Origin: an uncultured Planctomycetales bacterium
GTDB taxonomy: Bacteria > Omnitrophota > Gorgyraeia > Zapsychrales > CAYRXT01
NCBI GenBank assembly: GCA_964428315.1
Contig: CAYRXT010000001.1
Span: forward strand, 18,944 to 82,943
Direction of reading: 5' to 3'
Length of the DNA: 64,000 bases
The notes beneath the pieces were generated by a model. It saw only the letters and a list, made by a program, of their open reading frames with translations. It made no database searches and had not been told where the DNA came from. Position 1 is the first letter of the stretch; every line of letters starts with the position of its first letter. Both the position numbers and the translations under genes were made by a program. Of the stretch, positions 7,507 through 17,300 are shown one piece after another.

Positions 7507-10500
7507 ATGCTGACATCAATGAACAGGTGGATGCGGGGAACAAAGAGGAAGGGCATTTTTTCCGCGATCGGCGGTAGCCGCCGGGGCCAGGTCGCGTTAC
7601 TCCTGGTGATCCTCATCGCCGTCGGCCTGATCTTTTTCGCGGTGACCCTTAATCTGGGCAAGATCGCCCAGATCCGGGTTTACACGACCATGGCCTCAAA
7701 CACGAGCGCGGCTTTCATGGGATCCCTCATGGCCAGTTACGCCGAGAGCATGTATCAAGCGCAGCTTGGCGGCGAAGAGGAATGCGGCGATGACCTGACT
7801 GTTGACAAGTGGTCCGGGTTGGCGGTGGCTATTCTGACGATTTTTGCGGCCATTATATCGGTGCTCACCTGTCAGCCGGGACCGGTTATGGCAGTCGTTT
7901 CTATCATTGGCCTGTCGGCGGCGCTGGGTTCGGCGGCCATTCAGCTTTCTGTGATCCAGCCCGGGCTGGATCAACTGCTTAATACGATGTTCGAGTCCAT
8001 CGAATCGCCGGCCGACCAGTTTGTCGAACGGGGCATCTACACAGCGTTGAGGAACAGCGTCACGGACTCCGAGGTCGTCGATGATATCTATGACATGGAT
8101 ATGGACGGGCTTTTCGCGCCGCATGACAGAGTCAGCCGTTTCGCTTATTATTACACGGCCTTTCGCGTCCAGGATTTCACGCCTCCCACGGCCAACCCGC
8201 AGGCCGTGGCGAATTTTCTGACGGATCTCGGCGAGTTCGTCTATGAGCCGTATTATTACCTTAAAGGTCTTTCTGGTTCGAATGCCTGGCGGGTTCCCCA
8301 TCTGAATGTTCACGGAGACGACTGGGCGCTTTTCTCTCCAGTAAGATGTGAAAATGACATCGCCCACGTGTGTTGCGCTCCTCCTCCTGTCCCACCGTGT
8401 CTGGGCCTGGACTGCAGCGATCCGCAGGCGCGTGATGAACATCCGGAATGCTGTCGCGCTGCTTATAATTTTTGCCGGACGAATACCCCCCTCGATCATT
8501 CCGAATGCTCCAGGGATAACGATGATTTTGAGGATATCGGCCGGGCGTACGCGGAGTGCAACCCCTTGTGCGCCTTCTCTTGGGCGGGGTGCTCATCCCT
8601 GGGGCATTACTGCGGGACAGACTGCTATGATGGGCGTTGCCGCATCTATGACCCGTTTTTCCACAACGACGAATTAGATCCCGGGGATACCCTTTATTTT
8701 AAACCTTTTCTCGGTCGGGACGACGGAAACGCGAAATGCATAGACGATCCAGTTTCCGGCATTCCGGAAGATGACCCCATCGGCGGCGACCGTACTGTTA
8801 ATACGTCCGGCGGGCGGATGGTCACGGACGCGAAAGGTCTGTTCCGTCTTTTGTGGGTTTTCGGCAAAATGGTCGATCTGCGTGAAGTGAACGAAATTCA
8901 TGTCTCCGCGTTTGGCCGCCGGGAACTGTGCGTGTGGTGCAATACGGACTATGAGGCATGTGAAGTCCCTTCCGTCAGGAATCCGGATTTGCCGGATTGT
9001 CCTCTCAGGGCCGTCGATCTTCAAACCTGCTGTGTGCATGAGGGAAACCGCTTCGACGCCGTTCCGAATGCGACGGACCTGGTTATGGATGAAGACGCCT
9101 GTCCGCACCAGCCCGGCATACCTTATGAAGAAAATGCCCACCATGAAGTGATACAGGTCAACAGCCTTTGGAAGCCCGGCGACGACATGTATTGTTCTTT
9201 CGATGCCGTTTCGCCGTATGATGAGCTCTGTCCCTGGCTGCATTGTCTGCCCGGGTGCGACGCCTGTGATCCGGACGGCGGGCCGTGCGCGGCCGACGGG
9301 GCGTGCTATACAGAGCATACGGACAACCCTGCAGGGACTACACTTACCGACCCCTACAATTGGACCCGGGATCCTTTGGACCAGATGTCTATGGAGATCA
9401 ATGAATTTGTGGCCTGGGCGGATTCGATTCTTTCCAAGGATGTTTTGGTCCTGGGCCGGACCGTTGCTTCCTGGTTCCCGCAAGCCTTTTACTGGATTCA
9501 CCCCGAACGGGGCCGTCTGGCTCACTGGCTGGCCTATCTCAGGGGCGTCAAGGAAAAGCTCGAGGAGTGGAGGGACGGCACCTACATCGATCAGGACGGG
9601 ACCGACTGCCTCACCGTGTGTTACGAGAGCGGGGCCAATTGTTCCGATAACACGCCGCCCGAAGGGGTGACGGGAACCATGTCCGACATTGTCGCCTGCC
9701 TTGAAGAATACCGGGACACGTTTGATCCGCAGAACAACACATACGCCAAGATCGATTACCGCGTCAAGTTTCTCCGGGAATACGTAACCGACGATGACAG
9801 CGTTTTGAACAGATTGATCAATGACACGGACGGGACGCTGACGACCGCTATCAGGAAAATCGAGGATTTTCTTACGCATGCTTCCGGTGATTACGGCGGC
9901 GTTCAGCAGATGATAGAAGAATGGGAACGGTTTATGAAAGAAACAGATTACGCCTTGCCCGGACGGGCCATGTACGGCTGGAAGGATACGGAAGAAGACG
10001 GCGGGATGTGGCATATCGTGTACGCTGAAACGAAACTGCCGACGCGCTGTGACTGCCGCTGCGGGAGGCAGGGCCATAACTTGGGCGGATATAACGATGA
10101 TTGTCCAGAATCGGATTTCCCCTATGTGCACCACTATAAGCGTTACGGGGGCTCGAAACGTTATTATTCGCTGGTGGACAGTCTGGACCGGCACGTTGCG
10201 TGCGATGAAGACTCTGTGGGCGATAGGGAATACGATGATGACACGCATTGTTTTCGGGGAGGGACGGTCAAGTCACGCGTTATCCGCTATGACCAGGACC
10301 ACGACTTTGTCGAATTTGCCAATAGATTTCGCATCTGGCGTTTCGTGTACAGCCGTCCGGGCACAACGCCTATCAGCCCGGAAAGGCTTGATTCGGTCTG
10401 CGCCCCCCAGAGCAGCGCTGTTTCCAGACCCGGAGAGGAGGCTTTTCTTTTGAATCGGAGAGGGGATAATCCTCGGTGCTGGGATCTTGCCTCACAGCTA

Positions 10501-10629
10501 TTACGTCGGGGTGTTAAAGATGAGACGTGCGTTGAGTACTTCTTCCGGGATGTCGGCCATTTGGTTGATCTTGCGGAGAGGCGCAGGGGTATTTATACCG
10601 CGTTTACGCCCTGTGAAGGAGAGTGGTAA
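7507..10629 (+). CDS. TadG-like large Cys-rich pilus tip/adhesin protein
   Basis: RRG|QVALLLVILIAVGLIFFAVTLNLG lacks Glu+5, as TadG-like proteins do, followed by ASNTSAA; about 46 Cys by hand count; acidic. Confidence 0.8.
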   Translation: MLTSMNRWMRGTKRKGIFSAIGGSRRGQVALLLVILIAVGLIFFAVTLNLGKIAQIRVYTTMASNTSAAFMGSLMASYAESMYQAQLGGEEECGDDLTVDKWSGLAVAILTIFAAIISVLTCQPGPVMAVVSIIGLSAALGSAAIQLSVIQPGLDQLLNTMFESIESPADQFVERGIYTALRNSVTDSEVVDDIYDMDMDGLFAPHDRVSRFAYYYTAFRVQDFTPPTANPQAVANFLTDLGEFVYEPYYYLKGLSGSNAWRVPHLNVHGDDWALFSPVRCENDIAHVCCAPPPVPPCLGLDCSDPQARDEHPECCRAAYNFCRTNTPLDHSECSRDNDDFEDIGRAYAECNPLCAFSWAGCSSLGHYCGTDCYDGRCRIYDPFFHNDELDPGDTLYFKPFLGRDDGNAKCIDDPVSGIPEDDPIGGDRTVNTSGGRMVTDAKGLFRLLWVFGKMVDLREVNEIHVSAFGRRELCVWCNTDYEACEVPSVRNPDLPDCPLRAVDLQTCCVHEGNRFDAVPNATDLVMDEDACPHQPGIPYEENAHHEVIQVNSLWKPGDDMYCSFDAVSPYDELCPWLHCLPGCDACDPDGGPCAADGACYTEHTDNPAGTTLTDPYNWTRDPLDQMSMEINEFVAWADSILSKDVLVLGRTVASWFPQAFYWIHPERGRLAHWLAYLRGVKEKLEEWRDGTYIDQDGTDCLTVCYESGANCSDNTPPEGVTGTMSDIVACLEEYRDTFDPQNNTYAKIDYRVKFLREYVTDDDSVLNRLINDTDGTLTTAIRKIEDFLTHASGDYGGVQQMIEEWERFMKETDYALPGRAMYGWKDTEEDGGMWHIVYAETKLPTRCDCRCGRQGHNLGGYNDDCPESDFPYVHHYKRYGGSKRYYSLVDSLDRHVACDEDSVGDREYDDDTHCFRGGTVKSRVIRYDQDHDFVEFANRFRIWRFVYSRPGTTPISPERLDSVCAPQSSAVSRPGEEAFLLNRRGDNPRCWDLASQLLRRGVKDETCVEYFFRDVGHLVDLAERRRGIYTAFTPCEGEW

Positions 10630-10631
10630 TT

Positions 10632-10898
10632 ATGGCCGCTTTTTGCAAAACAAGATACGGTTCGGCCATGAGCGAATATGCGGTGTTAATCGCAGTTATC
10701 CTTGCCGCCTTTATCCTGATGGCTCCTTATTTGTTGCGGGGTATTGCGGGGTATTGGAAGGAGGCCGGTGACAGTTTCGGCTATGGCCGGATTTATGATC
10801 CCGAAAGAACAGTAGAATGCGCCTATTCGCCTATTGCAGGGGCGTGGTACAGGGTCGACTTGTACGAGGAGTGCGCAAACAATCTGGATCCGTTCTGA
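10632..10898 (+). CDS. TadE/Flp-like pseudopilin
   Basis: RBS GAAGGAG before ATG 10632; YG|SAMSEYAVLIAVILAAFILMAPYLLRGIAG. Confidence 0.8.
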   Translation: MAAFCKTRYGSAMSEYAVLIAVILAAFILMAPYLLRGIAGYWKEAGDSFGYGRIYDPERTVECAYSPIAGAWYRVDLYEECANNLDPF

Positions 10899-11068
10899 AC
10901 GACTCTGCGTTGTATAGATCCCAGGTGTGTTCCGGTGGCAAAGGACGGCCGGTGCGGTTCAGCCCTGCCTCCCCGGTGATGTCCGGTAAGCGCAAGATTT
11001 TTGTTTGGCCTGCGTTGTTTTTGACAAGCGGACAGGAGTGAAGAAGAATATCAAGGGAGAAAATAGCC

Positions 11069-11929
11069 ATGTGGGTCGTTATAATGGCCTTGACATTCGG
11101 ATCGGTGAGCGCCTTATGCCACTACCTGCTTCTGCCTTCGGTGGTGGAGAAGGCCCGACAGGTCAACCGTAAACGGACGAACGAGCTCTCGGACCGCCTG
11201 GACCGCATGTTTATGCGCGAGCAGACCAGCAAGGTCCTTTTTATGTACACTTTCGGCCCCTTTGTCCTGGCCTTTTTGCTCTTTATGCTGTGTCCGCCCG
11301 AGTTCAAGGCCGCCGGTGTGGTCCTGGGTTTTATGGCTGGCCTGGTCATCCCGATGATCGCGGTAAGATCCATGGAGCAGAGGCGGAGGGACAAGTTCGA
11401 CAGCCAGATGGTCGACACGCTGATGATCATGTCCAGCGCCCTCAAAGGGGGGTTGAGCCTCGTCCAGGCCATGGAAGTTGTGGTAGAGGAAATGTCGGAG
11501 CCGACCAATCAGGAGTTCGGGATCCTTCTTGGGGAAAACAAGATGGGAATCCCCCTGGATGAGGCCTTTGCCCACCTCTACAGCCGCATGCCTTCGGTTT
11601 CCCTACAGCAGGTGATCACGACGATTTTGCTGGCACGGGAGACAGGAGGCAACCTCCCGGTTATTTTTAACCGTATCGTGAACACGATCAGGGAGAACAG
11701 GAAGCTGCGTGAAAATCTTAACAATTTGACGCTTCAGGGCCGGATCCAGGGCGGGGTCATGTCGATCCTGCCGATTGTCTTTGCCTCCATCGTACTTTCC
11801 AGTAATCCCAATTATTTCGACAGCATGTTTAACACGGAAATCGGCCGGACTTTGCTGGGGGCGTGCGTCGCCATGGAGCTTATAGGCGCATTTTTAATTT
11901 GGAAGATTAGCAATTTCAAAGACTTCTGA
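11069..11929 (+). CDS. tadB: Tad pilus inner-membrane platform protein TadB (T2SS-F domain)
   Basis: FDSQMVDTLMIMSSALKGGLSLVQA...ETGGNL...LTLQGRIQGGVMSILP, typical of TadB; TM segments. Confidence 0.88.
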   Translation: MWVVIMALTFGSVSALCHYLLLPSVVEKARQVNRKRTNELSDRLDRMFMREQTSKVLFMYTFGPFVLAFLLFMLCPPEFKAAGVVLGFMAGLVIPMIAVRSMEQRRRDKFDSQMVDTLMIMSSALKGGLSLVQAMEVVVEEMSEPTNQEFGILLGENKMGIPLDEAFAHLYSRMPSVSLQQVITTILLARETGGNLPVIFNRIVNTIRENRKLRENLNNLTLQGRIQGGVMSILPIVFASIVLSSNPNYFDSMFNTEIGRTLLGACVAMELIGAFLIWKISNFKDF

Positions 11930-11984
11930 TAAAACCCCTTCCACCTACGAGGTGGAACCGGTCGGTTTGGGGAGGATACGGTTC

Positions 11985-12887
11985 ATGCTCGGTTTTTCAT
12001 TTCTCCTGGCTTTTATTTCGGCTTTTTTCGTGATTTACGGCCTCTTCGGGACCCACACAGAGGAGAGGCCGCATCTTAGCCGCTTTGAAGAGCCCCAGCA
12101 GAGGAGAGCGCCCAGGAAGAGGCACAGGACGATTGTCGGAAAAATGCTGTCCCGCCTGGCCCTTTTTAACAGGCCCCTGTGTCATAATGTTGTTGGCCGT
12201 CGTCTCGCCAGGGACCTGGGGGCGGCCCAGCTGGACATAACCCCGGAAGAATTTATGCTCTTGAAGCAGGTCCTGATCGTCTTTTTGTTCATGGCCTTTT
12301 TCCCCCGGGCGACGCAGGAGACCCTTGTCTTCTTCATCCTTGTCATTATCGGGGGAGGCTATTACATCCCCGAATTCTGGCTGAAGACGAAGGTCAGGAA
12401 GGTGAAAAACGCCATTATCAAACAGCTCCCCGACACCGTAGACCTCCTGAGCCTTTGCGTCAACGCCGGTCTGGACTTCATGCTGGCCCTCAAGTGGGTT
12501 ATCGACAAATCCCCGCCGTCCATCCTGCTCAACGAACTGAGTCTGATCCTTCAGGAGATCAACGTGGGCAAACCCCGTCGGGAGGCCTTGCGGGATATGG
12601 CCAAAAAGTACGAACTGCCCGACCTGTCGACCTTTTCCCGGACGCTCATCCAGGCCGACCGCATGGGGACCTCCATAGGCGACGCCCTGAACATCCTTTC
12701 GGAGGATATGCGTATGGTCCGCTACCGCCGCGGGGAGAAGATCGCCCTGAAGGCGCCCCTGAAGCTCCTTGCCCCCCTTCTCCTTTTTATCTTCCCTGTT
12801 GTGGCCATCCTGGTCGGCGCGCCGATCATCCTGGATTTCATGTCGCGCAGCACAATGGAATCCATGAGCATCCTGACAGGGGGATGA
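11985..12887 (+). CDS. tadC: Tad pilus platform protein TadC (T2SS-F domain)
   Basis: LPDTVDLLSLCVNAGLDF...LIQADRMGTSI...KAPLKLLAPLLLFIFP; RBS GGGAGGA before ATG 11985. Confidence 0.88.
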   Translation: MLGFSFLLAFISAFFVIYGLFGTHTEERPHLSRFEEPQQRRAPRKRHRTIVGKMLSRLALFNRPLCHNVVGRRLARDLGAAQLDITPEEFMLLKQVLIVFLFMAFFPRATQETLVFFILVIIGGGYYIPEFWLKTKVRKVKNAIIKQLPDTVDLLSLCVNAGLDFMLALKWVIDKSPPSILLNELSLILQEINVGKPRREALRDMAKKYELPDLSTFSRTLIQADRMGTSIGDALNILSEDMRMVRYRRGEKIALKAPLKLLAPLLLFIFPVVAILVGAPIILDFMSRSTMESMSILTGG

Positions 12888-12968
12888 GGTTAGGGCTAAG
12901 AGATAAGAACTGATGTAAAAACAGCGTATTATCCGGCAGGTCTTTTATTCTCCGCGTCCCCTGTCCTT

Positions 12969-13052
12969 CGCTTTACGCCCTGCGCTCTATGCTCAACGCC
13001 CAATGCCCCCTATTTTCAATACCCAACGCAAGGCCCCATGCTCTCAGCTTAA
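12969..13052 (+). repeat. degenerate heptamer tandem array, C-rich and G-poor
   Basis: CGCTTTA CGCCCTG CGCTCTA TGCTCAA CGCCCAA TGCCCCC, then in-phase GGCCCCA TGCTCTC AGCTTAA. Confidence 0.5.
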
Positions 13053-13086
13053 CCCTTCGCACCCTTTCGCCGGCATCTGCCCTTAT

Positions 13087-13124
13087 AGATTGGACATTTA
13101 TGTCCAATCTGATTGGACATAAAT
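13087..13124. promoter_or_regulatory. overlapping double palindrome of TGTCCA boxes
   Basis: AGATTGGACAT-TT-ATGTCCAATCT (perfect 11-bp arms, 13087-13110) and ATTTATGTCCAATC-T-GATTGGACATAAAT (perfect 14-bp arms, 13096-13124). Confidence 0.7.
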
Positions 13125-13667
13125 AGCCCCCCTCCCGTAGTCCGTTCTTCTATTTACACCTTATAGGATTATGTTTTTCTTCTAATGATGCCGGTATTTT
13201 CACCCGTGAAACAGTCTTTGTGCCGGGTGTCCCGGCCTCTGCCCGATTGCCTTAAGACCTCCTTAAGTCCCCCAGCGAACACATGAGCCAGTTTGCGGAT
13301 AAACCCGCAATAAACCGCGTCAGCAAAAAAAATCCTTCCAGAATGGAAAAGCGCGCATTTATAATGAGAGTTTTTTGACAAGAGTGTATAAAAATTTCAT
13401 CAGACATAAAATGACCGGAAAATTAAACAGTTGCGAAAAATCAACAGCTCGTACTAATGAAAATAAGAATTTCTCGACGATAAACAAGTTAAAAAAGTTG
13501 ATAATAAGTCGTGGAACCTGTTTGATAAGTTGCACATAAAAAGCGTCCCTGTGAAAGGTCTTGTTAAAAATCGGCATAGGTATGACTTAATAATTTTTAA
13601 ATTAGAAATAAAATTGTTTCACCAACGTAACTAATTGGTAAATATGATGTTAAAAAAATCCGGCCGC

Positions 13668-13696
13668 TTGCAGAAGCATGATTAATATGGTATAGT
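13668..13696 (+). promoter_or_regulatory. sigma70-type promoter of the giant gene
   Basis: TTGCAG (13668-13673), 17-nt spacer, extended -10 TGgTATAGT (13688-13696). Confidence 0.6.
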
Positions 13697-13847
13697 TATA
13701 ACGCAAGAACGGAGTCAAAGCATAGGCCGGCAACGGCTTATGGTAGCCCTGAACCCGGAGTGCTAAAGGGAAAGCCACGGAAATGATCACTTTTTTGCAG
13801 ACAAAAAAAGATTTTGTCTTCGCATTATATTTTAATAAGAATATAAT

Positions 13848-13886
13848 GGGCTGCCATACAGGAATGACTGGCAGCCCTTTTTGTTT
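13848..13886 (+). terminator. intrinsic terminator inside the giant-gene leader
   Basis: GGGCTGCCA-N12-TGGCAGCCC perfect 9-bp stem followed by TTTTTGTTT. Confidence 0.7.
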
Positions 13887-14298
13887 GCCGCCCGTCGGGA
13901 ACCTAGGACTGACGGCGGCAATAGATCATTCCCGGCACAATCATTAAAGAAGGCATCGGCCGGGACAAGTCCCGAGCGCAAGCGAGGGCGCAAAAAAAGC
14001 CACGGAGAAAGCATTGGTAATTTTTTCTACAAACAGCGCGCGCTGTTTTCAACCGCTTCATCTTTTGGACCCGGATAACAACTTCTGTTGTTGTCGGGCT
14101 CTCCGAACGCCATATGATCTTCCCCGCGGCTGGACGCAGATCCTGGTTCCGTTGTTTGAATTATTAAGAGGATGGACCGCGGTATGGCTGCCCGCCATTT
14201 TCACCGATCCGTACAGGCCGGCTCCGGTTCTTGCGAAAACCCATGCCGTCAGGCCGAACCGCGTGTTTTTCCCTCAGGGATCAGAAAAGAACAATCTC

Positions 14299-14317
14299 AA
14301 TGTCCAGACTGGATATT
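14299..14317. promoter_or_regulatory. TGTCCA-type palindrome 30 nt before the giant-gene start
   Basis: AATGTCCAG-A-CTGGATATT (one mismatch); same spacing as the 538-552 site. Confidence 0.55.
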
Positions 14318-14347
14318 TATGGGCATTGAGACAGCAAAGGGAAATGG

Positions 14348-17300
14348 ATGAACGTTAAAGAAGACATATTCGGGCCCAGGCCCGAGCCCCCCGAGGAAGG
14401 GCAAAAGCCGTTCAAAAGCCGGTTCAAGGGCTGGATAAGGACGGTGGCCTTGGTCCTGGTGCTTGTCTTTGTCCCGGACCAGATCAGCTGGGCTCTGAAC
14501 TATAACCCGGCGGTCCTCTGGAAGGACCGGGCGGCCCATTATGTCAGTCCGGACGCCACCCGGGATGAAAAGATCTCGGCCGAGATCGCGGCCAGCGTGG
14601 AAAACCTCCTGCGCCAGGTCGCCTATAAAGAAGAGCCGCGGATCAGCCTGACCCTGACCGATTTGTCCATCACCGACCCTGAGCTGGCCAAGCGAGACCT
14701 CCACATCCAGTCCAAAGAGTTCTTCACCAACGCCCGGGTGCGCAGGTTCTATTCCTGGATACGGGCGAAAACAACCTATCCGCTCAACTGCGCCGTCTAC
14801 GCCCTGCGCGACCTTCTGACGCGGCACGATATCGAAGCGCCCCTCATGGACCTTTCCGTGGTCACCCTGATGGTCGACATCATGAACAACGTCATCCACC
14901 CCAACGACACCCGGCTGAAGACCTCGCTGTTCGCCCTCGCCAAGGTGGCCGAGGCCTACGGCCTGCGCTTCAGGCCCGCGCGCCTGCGGCCGGTCGAGAT
15001 CATCCATCTCGAAACGCCCTTCATCGCGAGCCTGGAAGACGAGCATTTCGTCATGGTCACGGCCTTTGACGAGGACAACGTCTTCTACACGGACATCGGC
15101 CGGGCCATGATGCTCAGCAAGGATGAATTTTCCGGAAAGCTCACCGGCTATGTCCTCGCCGATGAAGGTAAAATTAAGGAGAAGAAGATCGTCTCCGACG
15201 CCATGTCAGCCTTTGTCTGGGGTTCCAAGTGGCACAGCAACGTCGACCAGCTTCCCGGCATGACGAACACTCAATTCGCGATTACCGCTCTGGTCAAGAT
15301 TCTTAGCGCCCTTGCTGCCGGAGGCGCCCTAGGCGAGACCGCGGGCAAGCTCGCGGGCAGTGCGGAGTGGTTCGTCTTCAGCGAGGGCATTTCGGCTTTG
15401 GCGAATGGCATTACTACGGCCAAGATCCTCAGCGGGGAATGGAACGCGGAGGACGCCCGCGCCTTCGCTTCGGTGCTCGGCACGGCGTTGGTCGTGGGCC
15501 GCCTGGCCGCCGGTTCGTACCACGATTCCGTCATCAAGGACGGGTTCCAGTGGAAGACCTTTTTGGGCAACTTCGCCAAGGGAGGCGTCATGGGTCTCGG
15601 CAAGGGCGAACTGACCAAATGGATTACCGGCTTCTTGGAACGGCATATCAAGACCAAGGATCCGATCCTCAGAGAAGCTATAATAAGCACCGTCTCCTCC
15701 ATCGCTGCGTCTTTTGCCATGGCCGGCATGATCAAGGCGGCGGGCCTGAGCAAACAGTTTGGATTTGTACACCAGGAAGGAGAAAATACGACCGAAGGCG
15801 CCGGCAAGAGCCTGGTCAAGGTCGAGGCCATGGGCCTGGGCGAGATCCTGGAAACCGTCCTTATCAACGACGCCCTTCCCCTCCTGCTCACCGAGGCCGT
15901 GGGCACGGCCTTCCGTCTGGCGCATCGCGCCCAGGGCGGGGACCCCTTCAGCCGCGCCTCGCGCTCCATGGGCGCGCTGGGACGCTCGCTGGCCGCGGCG
16001 GCCTATAACGCCTACCTCCGTCCGGCCAACAAGATCGTGTCCAAGGACGGACAGGAAAAGGGGTCGATCAAGAGAGAAGGGGAGGATACGGTCGTGGTCA
16101 GGACCGAACGGGAACTGACCAAAGAGGAAGCGCAAAAGATTGAAAACGGCGAAGAGTTCCGCAAGACGCTTTTTGACAAAAAGGGCCGGGCCTACGCCTT
16201 CCTCGTGATCAAAGACGGCAAGGCCATGGTCAGCGAGGCGGTGTCCTGGGAAAAAGGTGAAAAAGAAGACGGCAGCACGCCCTCCGGCCTCCGTGACACG
16301 CGCTTCCTGACGGTTGAGGCGAAGCGGGATGAGGATAAAAAGAAAGAAAAGGAGCCTTACTCCAAAGGTGATGTGACCGTCGAAAAAAGGATAGACAGGG
16401 ATACCGGCGGCGTCCGGTATGTCCTAGTCAAAGATTTTACGTTCAAGGAGAACCCCGACGGTTCCCTGCCCTCCGGGTTCTGGCAGGAGTACACCCAGTT
16501 CGGCGCCTGGCTGAACGACGATTACCGCGGCGGCCTGAAAAACGTCATCGCGTCCCTCGGCACGGGGCTGACCCATTATCTCGTGTCCAAACAGCTTGAC
16601 GACATCGAGGCCAGGAACGTCGGCAAGGGCATGAACAAGGAAGAGTTCACGGCGGTCGCGTTTTTGACGACGATGTTCTCGGCCGGTTTCGCCGGGGCCC
16701 TGATCGACGAGATGGGCCTGGGGAGGGCCTCCGGCCTGCGGAAGATCGAGACCGTCAAGGTCGACGCGGACCGCGACGGGGAGGAAGAAAGCCGGCAGGT
16801 CTACGAGAAGGACGACGGAAACGGCAAAAAAGTCCGGGGCGTCCTCCTTACCACAAGGCGGGGCGTAAACGAAAAGACAGAATTTATTCCCGTCACGGAA
16901 GACGCCGAAACAGGCGAGGTCGCGCTGGCCGAATCCGGACGGGAAGAGGTTGACGACCTCAAAGACGCCGACAAGGACGGCACGCCCGACGGCTATTCCG
17001 AGGCGACGGTCCTCCTCACCGGCAGATCGGCCAGGGATTTCTTTGACAAATTTCTCCAGCTCTCCGCCCTCCAGCTGCAGGGCATGCTCCTCAACCGTTA
17101 CGTCGGCGTGGGTCTGAACCCCTTTAAAGACATGACCGCCTTCGGAAGCCCCGAGATGCGTTCCATGCAGAGCCCGTTCTTTTTCCGGTACATGAACAAC
17201 GTGACCAAGGTCCAGGAGGCCTCGGACGCGGCGGACTTCATCGTCCAGAAGGCCGGGCTGACCGACGACCTCCTCCTGCAGATGAAGGCCCGCAAGGAGC

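Noticed and set aside
5679-10248. Minus-strand ORFs over the minor pilin genes
   Set aside because: Antisense to well-supported class-III-signal genes.
7507-10629. Multiheme cytochrome
   Set aside because: Many Cys but no CxxCH motif.
13741-13775. c-di-AMP (ydaO) riboswitch-like CCCTGAACCCG...GCTAA
   Set aside because: The conserved 5' half of that aptamer is absent.
13169-14358. Small ORFs in the tadC-to-giant-gene interval
   Set aside because: AT-rich regulatory DNA with promoter, terminator and palindromes; non-ATG starts and no protein-like features.
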